Positions 48,337-57,457 of a DNA stretch of 64,000 nt are shown here, piece by piece. A program made the translations under genes and the position numbers. The notes below the pieces were generated by a model. That model did not search any database, was not told the DNA's origin, and worked only from the letters and a program-made list of their open reading frames with translations. Origin of the DNA: an uncultured Verrucomicrobiae bacterium (GTDB lineage Bacteria > Verrucomicrobiota > Verrucomicrobiia > Limisphaerales > Palsa-1400); assembly GCA_963764165.1 (NCBI GenBank), contig CAVXRD010000002.1, positions 2,176,001 to 2,240,000 on the forward strand, in the 5' to 3' direction. Numbering within the stretch: the first letter of the stretch is position 1; each line of letters starts with the position of its first letter.

Positions 48337-50043
48337 AGTGCTATTTCGGAAAACTCTTCATTTTTGGCAAAGTTTTAGGCGGCGAGTTTGGTCAATTTGT
48401 CCACGTCCGCTTTGCGGGCGGTCAAGAGCGCAGTAATGGTGGTGCGCCCTTTCTCGGTGACAACATAGCGGTGGGTGCCGCTGACTTTGGCGATCAAGCC
48501 ATGCGCTCGCAGGAGCCGCAGTCGGCGTCCAATCCAGCCCATTCTGCGTTTGAGTTCGCGGTCATCGCACCGGCTGGGAAAATAGGCCTGCCGAATGTCT
48601 CGACTGCGAAAGCCGTTGAGGGCGTACTCTCCCTGGCTGACCATTTCCAAAAGGCGTCCGTCCTCCGGGGCCCAAGGATTGAGGGCGCGGTAGCGCCGCC
48701 CCGCCTGCCGCAGGGGCTTGCAGCATTTTTCAACCCATTGGAACAGCGGCACCGTTCCGCTGACGGATCCCAACGCCTGCAAATAACGTTCATTGGCCCG
48801 GTGAGAGATTTCTTTGCGCCGTTTCAGGTCGGCCAGCCCCCGGCGCAATGTCAGCCAGCGTTTGGCCTCCTTGGGCCGGCCTTCCGGTTTGCGATAAACT
48901 TTAAATTCCTCCGGGTGCGTCACCGTCGTTTCGATCCGCAAAACCGAGCCCTGCTTGTCGTAAAATTTGATCGAGTTGCCGTTAAGACTGTGCTTGACCC
49001 GCACGCCCTCCGGCCGCCGTTTGGTGTCGCTGGTGATTTCGCCCTCAAACTGGCCTGTACACCCTGCCCGTGCTGATGGGAACGTATCGGCCCAAAAACC
49101 TCATCACGTCCGCGCTGGAAAAGGAACTGATGGCATGGTGAACCAGGCTGGGATAAAGCCGGGCCAGGCTCTCGGGCTCCTTGAAAATGACATCGGTGGC
49201 ATATTCGGTGTCCGAAGCGCTCCAATAGTATTTGAGGTTCAGCGGCTGGCAAATCGACCGGTGCAGGGGATGAACCTCATTGAGCAGCCGGCCCAGCTCC
49301 TTGGGCCAGTCAGTTTGCAGTTGCTGGTCCAGCAGGCCTTGAGCGCGCCCCATATCGGCCACCCGCAAAAAGGTGTTCTCCTTCTTTTGATAGGCAATGC
49401 CTGCTTGATCCAACTGCTTTCCCAGCCAATGCCGGCCATTGAGGCAGATATTAATCTGGAAGGGAAACCAGGTTTGCAGGCGCAGGTGCATGAAGCCAAA
49501 CTTGGAATGCTCGAAATAGAAATAAAGATGGCTGCACTTGCGCTGCTGAACCTTCACCTCAATGTGTTTGGTTTGGGGGTTTCCGACGACTTGAAAGGAC
49601 ATGCAGGGTTCCGTGCAATTGAGAATGGCGATCAGTCCCTCGGTGATTTTATCGCGGGCGGCAATCTTGCGCGCCACCTCCTCCTTGCTGGTTTGGCTGG
49701 AGGGGACGAAAAGAAAAGGCCGCCCGGCTGTTTGTGCCAGGGCCCTGGCTTTGTCTTTGACCGCTTTGGTGGTCCGTTCGACCAACTGGCTGAAATCCTT
49801 GATCAGAATGTGGCAGGCGTTCAAGTAGGCCTCCATCACCTGGGGGCCGTACAACTGGCGCAGCGTCCCGCGCAATCGCAGGCGATCAAAGCCCGAAAGA
49901 ACTCCTAGAATTGAGGAAGCATGTTTGTGTACAAAAGAGTTGGAAGCGCCGTCATGGGTAAGCGGTTTGTTTTGCATACATCCAATCTTACCCAGACCGG
50001 ACGGCGCTTTCCTCTTATTTTTGGTTGCGGCTTTGCCGCGCTG
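48337..50043 (-). mobile_element. Putative TIR-less (rolling-circle-type?) insertion element; boundaries approximate
   Basis: Single interrupted ORF; upstream hairpin GCGCGGCAAAGCCGCAACCAAA (50020-50041, - strand); no terminal inverted repeats seen. Confidence 0.5.
48375..49977 (-). pseudogene. Uncharacterised transposase-like protein (~533 aa) with Rep_trans-like motifs and C-terminal wHTH, split by a 1-bp frameshift near 49056
   Basis: Removing one base joins ...TGRVY to GQFEGEITSDTKRRPEGVRVKH...; motifs GFDRLRLRGTL, EYATDVIF, IKFYDKQGSVLRIETT, LRLLRAHGLI.K...T.RY. Confidence 0.75.
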
Positions 50044-50344
50044 TGCCTTCGTGTCTTTCTGTCAAGACTTCCAGGCAAATTTTCATTGTTGCTGCGAAGG
50101 GTAAGGCCGTCTTTGGCTGAGTTTGGCCGTTCCAGATTCAATACTTCCTGATATTTCTCGCAAAAATCGCGCTAAAAAACCTCTGGTAGGTTTCCTGTTT
50201 GCGTTGGGCTTCTGTAATATGTCCTCACGATGATGAAAAATATGACGATATGGACGGTTGCGAGCAGTGAGGCGGGGCAAAGCGCGGCCGGGCCGGTGGC
50301 AATTTTCTTCGTCTCCTTCGTTGCCTTGTTGTAAAAAATGGCGA

Positions 50345-50403
50345 GTATCACCTAGTCGCAGCAAATCGCACCAAATCGCAGCAAATCGCACCTGTTTTTT
50401 GAA
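50345..50403 (+). repeat. 10-bp-period CAAATCGCAS tandem module (copy 2)
   Basis: GTATCAC CTAGTCGCAG CAAATCGCAC CAAATCGCAG CAAATCGCAC CTGTTTTTTGAA. Confidence 0.75.
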
Positions 50404-50437
50404 AATGAATGACCTCTGACAACGCGAAAACCAAGCC

Positions 50438-52705
50438 ATGACGCGCGGACCTGCCAATAGAAACTGGGCGGAGCCGCGGCGATTTGCTTTGCTGCTGGCG
50501 GCGCTGGTTTTCATTCCGTTTTGGGACGTCCTGCTGGGATTTGACACTTGGGTTATTCGCGATTTCGCCTTGTTTTCCATGCCGACCGCGAACTTCCAAA
50601 AGGAATGTTTCTGGCGCGGGGAATGGCCGTTGTGGGATCCCTACAGCTTGTGCGGGGTGCCGTTTCTGGCGCAGTTCAACACGCTGTGCGTATATCCCGG
50701 GGCGCTGCTTTACCTGTTGCTGCCGCTGACGTGGGCTTTGCCGGCCTTTTGCTTGCTCCATGTTTTTTGGGGCGGATTGGGAATGTATTTACTGGCCCGG
50801 CGATGGACGGGTTCGCAGGCGGGAGCGGCGTTGGCGGGCGTGATGTTTTCCTTTAACGGCCTTTCAATGAGCATTTTGATGTGGCCCAGCCATATCGCGA
50901 CGTATTCCTGGATTCCGTGGGTCATCTTTTTGGCTCAACGCGGACGCCAGGAGGGCGGACGGCCGCTCGTTCTGGCGGCGCTGGCCGGAGGGATGCAAGT
51001 GCTGGGGGGCGGGCCGGAGACGATTGCCTTCACATGGGTGATGGCGGGGATCGGCGTTGTGCTGGATTGCTGCCAAGCCCGGGGCATTCTTTGGCGGTCG
51101 ATTTGGCGGTTCGGGCTGATGGGCTGGCTGGCGCTGATGCTGGCGGCGGCGCAATTGCTCCCCACCATCGATTTCGCGATGCACTCGCACCGCGACGCTC
51201 ACTTTGGCCGATCCGATTGGTCCATGCCGCTGTGGGGCTGGGCGAATTTACTGGTTCCGATGTTCCAAATGATTCCGATGCAATCCGTCGTCGCGCAGCC
51301 GGACCAGTATTGGACTTCGTCATATTACCTGGGAATCGGCGGGATTTTCCTCATTGGGCTGGCGCTCTGGCAGGGTCGAAAGAATGGCCTGGTGCGGATT
51401 TTGTCCGGGATGTTTTTCGGCAGCTTGATCCTGGCCCTTGGCTACAACGGGTATGTTTTCCGCTGGCTCCAAGCGGCGCTTCCGATCCTTGGGATGTTTC
51501 AATTTCCTATCAAATTTGTGCTGCTCACATCCACGGTTGCGCCGTTGCTGGCGGCGTTCGGGCTGGCCTTTTGCGAGCGGGATGCGGTTCCGAAAACGTG
51601 GCGGGGGCGTTGGATCTGGGCGGCGGTGCTGTTGTCATTGATCGCGTTTATCATTTGGGCGGCGTGGCGCTGGCAGATGGATTATGCCAACTGGCGGCAA
51701 TCGCTGGCCTGCGGGCTCGAGCGCGCCGGATTTCTCATCGCCGGCGTGGCTGTTCTGTATTTGTTTGTCCGGCGGGTTGAATGGCGCTGGTGGAGCATCG
51801 TGCCCTTGGTGGCGCTGGCGTGGTGCGATGTCCTGACGCACGAGCCGTGGCAAAATCCCACGGTTGACCCATCGCTCTACCAAGTGGGATTCGGCGTGCT
51901 GGACGCCAAATTCAATATTGCCCCGGAACTCTCGCAATCGCGACTGATGATGTCGCCGTTTTCCGCCGACCATCTCTATCACCAGCCGGATCCGGACGTC
52001 AAAACGAATTTCCTGCTGGATCGCGCGGTCTTTTTGGCCGATTGCAACCTGCTGGACGACATTCCGAAGGTGGACGGGTTTTTCTCATTGAACATCCGCG
52101 AAAGCGACAAAATCCTGTGGCTGCTGGAAACACGCACTGGAAGAAAACTGGACAACCTGGAGGATTTGTTGTCCGTTTCGCAGACAATCGCGCCCGGGAA
52201 GCTGTTCGATTGGATGCTGCGCACAAATTATATCCCGATAGCCAGCGTTGGCAAAAGTCCCGTCTTTGCCGGCCCAACCAACACCTTTGATGCCATTGAC
52301 AAGGACACGGCTGATTTTCATTCCGTGATTTACCTGCCGCTGGAAGCAAAGGCGGTGGTCAAGGCGGTCGCGGAGCCTCGCGCGCGGATCGTCTCCAAGG
52401 ATTTCAAGACATCCATGGAAACCATGGAAATCGACACGCCAGCCCCGGCCATCGCAGGACTCACCGGGTGTTTTTATCATAATTGGGAAGCGGCGGTGGA
52501 CGGAAAGCCCGTTCCGATCTGGCGGGCAAATTACGCCTTTCAAGCTGTGGAAGTCCCCGCCGGGCGGCATCGTCTGGTATTGCAATACAAAGATAAGGCG
52601 TTCCGGGCCGGATTGGTCGTTTCCGCACTTGCGCTGATGGCTTGCGTTGCCGGTTGGCTGGCGGCCAACCGAGGCAGGAACGCCTCGCCGAGGCCTCCGG
52701 GTTGA
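50438..52705 (+). CDS. YfhO-family polytopic membrane protein (GT-C-like glycosyltransferase)
   Basis: GEWPLWDPY..CG.PFLA, many TM segments, C-terminal W.A.VDGKPVPIWRANYAFQAVEVPAGRH. Confidence 0.8.
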   Translation: MTRGPANRNWAEPRRFALLLAALVFIPFWDVLLGFDTWVIRDFALFSMPTANFQKECFWRGEWPLWDPYSLCGVPFLAQFNTLCVYPGALLYLLLPLTWALPAFCLLHVFWGGLGMYLLARRWTGSQAGAALAGVMFSFNGLSMSILMWPSHIATYSWIPWVIFLAQRGRQEGGRPLVLAALAGGMQVLGGGPETIAFTWVMAGIGVVLDCCQARGILWRSIWRFGLMGWLALMLAAAQLLPTIDFAMHSHRDAHFGRSDWSMPLWGWANLLVPMFQMIPMQSVVAQPDQYWTSSYYLGIGGIFLIGLALWQGRKNGLVRILSGMFFGSLILALGYNGYVFRWLQAALPILGMFQFPIKFVLLTSTVAPLLAAFGLAFCERDAVPKTWRGRWIWAAVLLSLIAFIIWAAWRWQMDYANWRQSLACGLERAGFLIAGVAVLYLFVRRVEWRWWSIVPLVALAWCDVLTHEPWQNPTVDPSLYQVGFGVLDAKFNIAPELSQSRLMMSPFSADHLYHQPDPDVKTNFLLDRAVFLADCNLLDDIPKVDGFFSLNIRESDKILWLLETRTGRKLDNLEDLLSVSQTIAPGKLFDWMLRTNYIPIASVGKSPVFAGPTNTFDAIDKDTADFHSVIYLPLEAKAVVKAVAEPRARIVSKDFKTSMETMEIDTPAPAIAGLTGCFYHNWEAAVDGKPVPIWRANYAFQAVEVPAGRHRLVLQYKDKAFRAGLVVSALALMACVAGWLAANRGRNASPRPPG

Positions 52706-52765
52706 GGCGTGATTTATGCGCAAACCCCTGCAATCCACACGGAACCGGACGCCTCGGCGAGGCGT
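52673..52765. repeat. Degenerate REPIN family A overlapping the yfhO-like 3' end
   Basis: GGCAGGAACGCCTCGCCGAGGCCTCCGG...AACCGGACGCCTCGGCGAGGCGT. Confidence 0.75.
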
Positions 52766-52809
52766 GTTTGGCGTTTAAGATTGTATGAGTGTCTCAAAAC
52801 CAATAAAAT

Positions 52810-52826
52810 TTGGCGTGCTGTGTGCT
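52810..52826 (+). promoter_or_regulatory. Putative sigma-54 (-24/-12) promoter of the pilin gene
   Basis: TTGGCGTGCTGTGTGCT, GG-N10-GC spacing ~110 bp upstream of the pilin start. Confidence 0.45.
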
Positions 52827-52932
52827 ACAGACATTACCTTAACGGCTTTGCGAGCGGCTATTCGTGAACAATTCGAACTAATATATACCGCTTCTCGCAA
52901 GGTTCACAGCCGTTGCAACAGAAAGGCAGTGA

Positions 52933-53307
52933 AATGCAGACCATGAAACATGGGAAGCAGGGGTTTACATTGGTCGAGATTATGATCGTGGTAGCGATAA
53001 TTGGGTTATTGGCGGCCATCGCCATTCCTAACTTCGTGCGTTCCCGCACGACGTCTCAGACCAACGTATGTATAGATAACCTGCGAATGCTGGATGGGTC
53101 AAAACAGCAATGGGCGTTAGAGCAGCGGGCGGTTTCCACATCAACACCGCAATATTCGGACATCCAACCCTATTTGGGGCGGGGTAACGGGGAGTTGCCG
53201 GTGTGCCCGATTGATCCACAGCAGGGGTTCGCGACCAGCTACGTATTGCAAAATTGTCAGACAACGCCGACGTGCCAGATATTGCCGACGACGCATAAGT
53301 TACCTTA
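52933..53307 (+). CDS. Type IV pilin / pseudopilin
   Basis: KQG/FTLVEIMIVVAIIGLLAAIAIPNF; four Cys; start 52933 or 52942. Confidence 0.88.
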
Positions 53308-53347
53308 ATAACACATTGAGTTTAACTAATTGATAATGGCTTCGTGG

Positions 53348-53384
53348 GATGGGAGAATGGTGATGCTCGTCACCTTCTCCCATC
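53348..53384. terminator. Hairpin between convergent pilin and rhomboid genes
   Basis: GATGGGAGAA-T-GGTGA-tgctcg-TCACC-TTCTCCCATC. Confidence 0.55.
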
Positions 53385-53385
53385 G

Positions 53386-54273
53386 TCACGGGTGCGCCAG
53401 CGCCAGCCGCCACGTTCCCAGCAGCAGGGCCGCGAATACAGCAAAGGCAAGGATGTTTGGGGCGCCGTGCTGCAGCTTTGCAGGCGGAATGAACACGAGG
53501 CAGCACCCCAGCAGCGCCCCGGCCAGGAACCCGCCCACATGCGCGATGATGTCAGCTTCGGGGCTGAAACCGATCAGGGCGAGGATCATCAGGCCCGCCG
53601 CGCAGCCGCGAAAAAACAGATGTCGTCCCATCACGCTGGCCCGCCAATGCGAGAAGGATTGCACCGCGATCAATCCCAGCGCGGCCATCACCATGCCCGA
53701 AGCGCCCAGGCTGGAATGGTGCCCGCCATAACCCAGGAAGCTCCCGACATTCGCCGCCGCGCCCGCCACGAACGCTGATAAGAGCGCAATGCCAGCGCCG
53801 TAACGAGCCATGGCCAAGCCCATCAGCACCGCGCCGGTGGATGCGTTGGCCACCAGATGCGGAACGTTTTGATGCAGGCAGACGGCGGTCCACAATCGCC
53901 ACCATTGGCCTTGATGCACCTTATCGCTGTCAAGCATTCCAGCTCCACTGATGGCCGGAAAACGAACCGAACTCCAATAATAAAACGCCACCAAAGCCGC
54001 CGCCCACGCCAATCCGCCCCAATGGAAAAGCATGCCCGATTCCTGAAAGGGCTGCCGCCAGTTCCATCCGCGATTCTCCAGCCGGTATTGGCGCAAAATG
54101 GCTTGGGCGCGGTCGAATTCGCGCGGTTCCACCAGGAGCACCCAGCGATTCTCGCCGCGCTCAATGGTGGATTCGATGCCCTGGCTGGTCAGGACGAGCG
54201 CCCAATCCATGGCTTCGCGCCGCGTGCGGGCGGAAATGCTCAATAGCGCGCGCTCCATGTCAGCCGCCGGCAA
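53386..54273 (-). CDS. Rhomboid-family intramembrane serine protease
   Basis: WWRLWTA..LH....HL..N, GASG, AHVGGF..G; start may be 54258. Confidence 0.9.
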   Translation of the reverse strand: MPAADMERALLSISARTRREAMDWALVLTSQGIESTIERGENRWVLLVEPREFDRAQAILRQYRLENRGWNWRQPFQESGMLFHWGGLAWAAALVAFYYWSSVRFPAISGAGMLDSDKVHQGQWWRLWTAVCLHQNVPHLVANASTGAVLMGLAMARYGAGIALLSAFVAGAAANVGSFLGYGGHHSSLGASGMVMAALGLIAVQSFSHWRASVMGRHLFFRGCAAGLMILALIGFSPEADIIAHVGGFLAGALLGCCLVFIPPAKLQHGAPNILAFAVFAALLLGTWRLALAHP

Positions 54274-55003
54274 TGCGCGTCACAACACAGCCCGCCGCCG
54301 CCAAACCGAAGACGCCGGTCACAAAGCTGGCGGTTCCGTAGCCGTTGTCGCAGGTGATTCGCCCGGAGCAGCCTTCGGGCGGAGGGGTGGCGCGTTCGTT
54401 AGAGAAGACGCACGGCACGCCAAAAAGCGCTTTCGGGTCGCGCTCGAAACCGTGCTCTTCGCGCAGTTTCTTGCGGACTTCCCGCAATAGTGGATCGTGG
54501 GCGGCCCGGGCAAGGTCATCCGATTGGACGGCGGAGGGATCGCGGCGTCCGCCGGCTGCGCCCGCCGAGACGATGGGAATTTCCTTTTGACGGCACTTGG
54601 CGATCAACAAGGTTTTGTTGCCGACTTGGTCGATCGCGTCAACAACACAATCGAAGCGGGTTTTCAAAATCTCATCCGCCGTGAGTTCGGTGAAAAATTC
54701 CGGCACCGTTTGCACGAGGCAATCTGGATTGATGGCGCGGCAGCGCTCGGCCATGACTTCGATTTTCGGACGCCCGACCGTGCCTTCGAGCGCGTGCAAT
54801 TGGCGGTTCACATTGCTGACGCAAACGTCGTCCAGATCGATCAGCGTCAAGCGGCCCACGCCGCTGCGGGCCAGCGCTTCAACCGTCCAGGAACCCACGC
54901 CGCCGATGCCGATCACGCAAACATGCGCGCGGGTCAAACGCTCCAAGCCGGTGGCGCCATAAAGCCGGGCCAGCCCGCCAAATCGTAGGCTGGCGTCGCT
55001 CAT
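54260..55003 (-). CDS. tcdA: tRNA threonylcarbamoyladenosine dehydratase
   Basis: RFGGLARLYG, GIGGVGSWTVEALARSG, NVNRQLHAL, DAID, DPLL..VR..LR, CDNGYG. Confidence 0.92.
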   Translation of the reverse strand: MSDASLRFGGLARLYGATGLERLTRAHVCVIGIGGVGSWTVEALARSGVGRLTLIDLDDVCVSNVNRQLHALEGTVGRPKIEVMAERCRAINPDCLVQTVPEFFTELTADEILKTRFDCVVDAIDQVGNKTLLIAKCRQKEIPIVSAGAAGGRRDPSAVQSDDLARAAHDPLLREVRKKLREEHGFERDPKALFGVPCVFSNERATPPPEGCSGRITCDNGYGTASFVTGVFGLAAAGCVVTRIAGG

Positions 55004-55091
55004 GTGATGTAAAACAAACTGCGGTTCACGCAGCCAAAATAATCCGGCCCGCCGGAATTGCCAGCCGCGCCGCGGCTCGAACGAGCGAGGC

Positions 55092-56948
55092 TCAGGGCTT
55101 CGCCGAAAATGCTTCGCGAATCTTGGCCTCTTCCTTTTCAATGAGCTTGAGAAGCCCGGCGTCCTGCTTGACGCGCGTTTCAATTCCCACCATGACTCCC
55201 TTGATTTTGCTCTTGTAAGCGGCTTCCGCAGTTTCGAGTTGATCCTTCGCCGTCTTGTACTGAGGCGCCTGCGGCCCATAGGTGTGTTCGACCTCCGCCA
55301 TGTGTTCGACCGCGACTTGGCGGCGACTCGCGAGATCAACCAGTTCGGGATCCAACTGATGGGCGTAGGCAGTCGTCAAAGCGCTGGCCAGTTCATCGCT
55401 CGGAATCTGGTTCAGTTGAAAGAGAATGTTGCTGTATTCAAGATAGTCAGCTTGCGCTTCGACGCGTGTGTGCGCCCAATCTTCGAGCGTTTTGTCGTAT
55501 ATCGCCGCGTCTGGATTTGGCGCGGCGGGCTTCTGGTCGGCGGCGGATTTCAACGCCTTCGCTTGGATCGCCAATCCCTGCATGATTCCGTCAGCTCGTT
55601 TAGAGATTTTGTGAAGGATTTCTCCAAGTGCGTCGCCCTCGGCCCGCATTTCCGGACTGAGTCCGGGGTGGTCCCTCTGGGCGCGCGTGTACTTTGATTC
55701 CTGCTGAAGTTGCTGCTCCAGCAATCCATTTAAGATGGGGTCTGAAGTCGTAACCGAAAGGACTTGGATAAATTGATCGAAATTGCCCGCCTTGGCCGCC
55801 TGCAACTGTTCCAGCAACGCAGATTGCCTGGCATATTCCGCGCCGTAGCCTCCTTCAAGTTTTGGAGAGGCCGCGCTTTCGTTCCGCGGCGCAGTATACA
55901 TAGGAGCAGATTTGGTGGGCGCCGGCAGGACGATAGCTTCCGGCTGATCCGCCGCTCGTGTAAAAGCCGCCGCGCCCAGCAAAACCAGCGCCGACGCAAA
56001 CAATCCATAGGCCAACCTGCCTGTGCGCTTGAATTCAGTAACCATAACAATCCTTCTGTTAATGTTGTGACGAAACGTGATGATCGGGACCAATCCGGCT
56101 GCCGTCATGGCCGCCGGAAAATGTTGAAGTGAACTCAGCAGGGCGCGTCCGTAGGCGCCGCGTTCAGACGGCTCAACCAATTCGAGCACCGCCGCATCGC
56201 AGGCTAATTCCTGGTTGAGGCGCAGTTGCCTGACGGCCACCCACGCGAGCGGATTGAACCAATGCAGCGCCAGCGCGCCGTAGCCAATCCAGTTGACCAA
56301 AACATCACGCCGCCGGATGTGCATGAGTTCGTGGAGAATGACCAGCCGTGCTTCCTTGTGATCGAGCCTTGTCAACAATCCATCTGGCAGCAGCAATTGC
56401 GGGCGGACAAATCCAAAGACCGCCGCCGGAGCGCCTGTGGCGGTTTTCCTCGCATCCAATCGGCGCTTGAATCCGAGTGTTTCCTTGCATTCCCTGATGA
56501 GGGTTAGCAATTCCGGTTCATCTACATCTCCAAGACGCCGGACCATTCGCGCAAACCGATGATAGCGCCACGCAACCATGATCAGGCATCCCACGAAACC
56601 AGCCATCCAAACGCAAACAGCCAGACGCATCCAAGGAAATGGCTCCGATAATTTGACGGCGGGCAGCTTGCTGGCTTCCGCCATGTTTAAGAGCACTGGA
56701 GCAACTTGCGCGGCCGCAACCGAGGCGCGTGGTTTGGGAAGGTCAATAATGTTCCAGCGAACTCCCGGAGTCCCCCATGCCAGCAGACGCAGAAGAACCA
56801 ACAAACTTAGCAAATACCGCATGCGCGCGGAAATCCACCGCCCAGCCATTGCCTGCGCGATGAGCACAATAACAATGAGCACCGCCGCCCGGCACGAGGC
56901 ATTCCACAGCGGAATCAGCAGCGGCTCAATCGCGTCAAATATTCTCAT
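55092..56948 (-). CDS. BlaR1/MecR1-like M56 metallopeptidase with non-canonical coiled-coil sensor domain
   Basis: HELMHIRRRD, HWFNPL.W, QELACD; C-terminal helical repeats, no penicillin-binding domain. Confidence 0.88.
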   Translation of the reverse strand: MRIFDAIEPLLIPLWNASCRAAVLIVIVLIAQAMAGRWISARMRYLLSLLVLLRLLAWGTPGVRWNIIDLPKPRASVAAAQVAPVLLNMAEASKLPAVKLSEPFPWMRLAVCVWMAGFVGCLIMVAWRYHRFARMVRRLGDVDEPELLTLIRECKETLGFKRRLDARKTATGAPAAVFGFVRPQLLLPDGLLTRLDHKEARLVILHELMHIRRRDVLVNWIGYGALALHWFNPLAWVAVRQLRLNQELACDAAVLELVEPSERGAYGRALLSSLQHFPAAMTAAGLVPIITFRHNINRRIVMVTEFKRTGRLAYGLFASALVLLGAAAFTRAADQPEAIVLPAPTKSAPMYTAPRNESAASPKLEGGYGAEYARQSALLEQLQAAKAGNFDQFIQVLSVTTSDPILNGLLEQQLQQESKYTRAQRDHPGLSPEMRAEGDALGEILHKISKRADGIMQGLAIQAKALKSAADQKPAAPNPDAAIYDKTLEDWAHTRVEAQADYLEYSNILFQLNQIPSDELASALTTAYAHQLDPELVDLASRRQVAVEHMAEVEHTYGPQAPQYKTAKDQLETAEAAYKSKIKGVMVGIETRVKQDAGLLKLIEKEEAKIREAFSAKP

Positions 56949-57352
56949 GGCAGCTTTTCCTCCAGCAACCGCCGCAATTCCTTGATCTCGGCGGGGGAAA
57001 GCTCTTCCCGCTCGAGAAATGAGGCGAGGAACGGCGTCAACTCGCCGCCAAAAAGACGTCCGAGAAAGGACCGTCCGGCTTCATGCAGGTAGTCTCCCTC
57101 GGCAATCAACGGAGTGAAGATGTATTCCCTGCCTTGCCGCCGATGCGACAGCGCCTTCTTCCGCGCCAGACGGGTCAGCAGCGTCTGGATCGTCTTGGGT
57201 TTCCAGTCCGTGGCGCCGGAGAGCGCCTCCACCACCTGGTTTGCGGTGGCCGACGCGGGCGATTGCGCCCACAGCACCTTCATCACAACAAGCTCGGCCT
57301 CCGAGATTTTCGGAATCCGCCGGGGCGCTTTGCCCTTGTTTTGCTTTTCCAT
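56945..57352 (-). CDS. BlaI/MecI/CopY-family repressor
   Basis: ISEAELVVMKVLW, WKPKTIQTLLTRL..K, FLGRLFGG, LSPAEIKELRRLL. Confidence 0.92.
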   Translation of the reverse strand: MEKQNKGKAPRRIPKISEAELVVMKVLWAQSPASATANQVVEALSGATDWKPKTIQTLLTRLARKKALSHRRQGREYIFTPLIAEGDYLHEAGRSFLGRLFGGELTPFLASFLEREELSPAEIKELRRLLEEKLP

Positions 57353-57360
57353 GCGATGTT

Positions 57361-57401
57361 TCCTACAACTGTAGGAGCACTTTAATCCTACACTTGTAGG
57401 A
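57361..57401. promoter_or_regulatory. Twin BlaI/CopY-type operators (TACAnnTGTA)
   Basis: TCCTACAACTGTAGGA (57361-57376) and TCCTACACTTGTAGGA (57386-57401) directly upstream of the repressor start. Confidence 0.85.
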
Positions 57402-57457
57402 GATGCAAGAAATATTTTCGCGCGGGAAGGAATTTGGTGTGAACTAAACGGCGTGGT

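Noticed and set aside
49040..49070. Programmed ribosomal frameshift in the Rep_trans-like gene
   Set aside because: No slippery heptamer or A-run at the junction; a single-base insertion (mutation or sequencing error) is simpler.
52787..52800. Solo IS1182 end (TGTCTCAAAAC) beside a REP
   Set aside because: Only an 11-bp match, lacking the terminal GAGA(T/C) and any partner end; could be chance.
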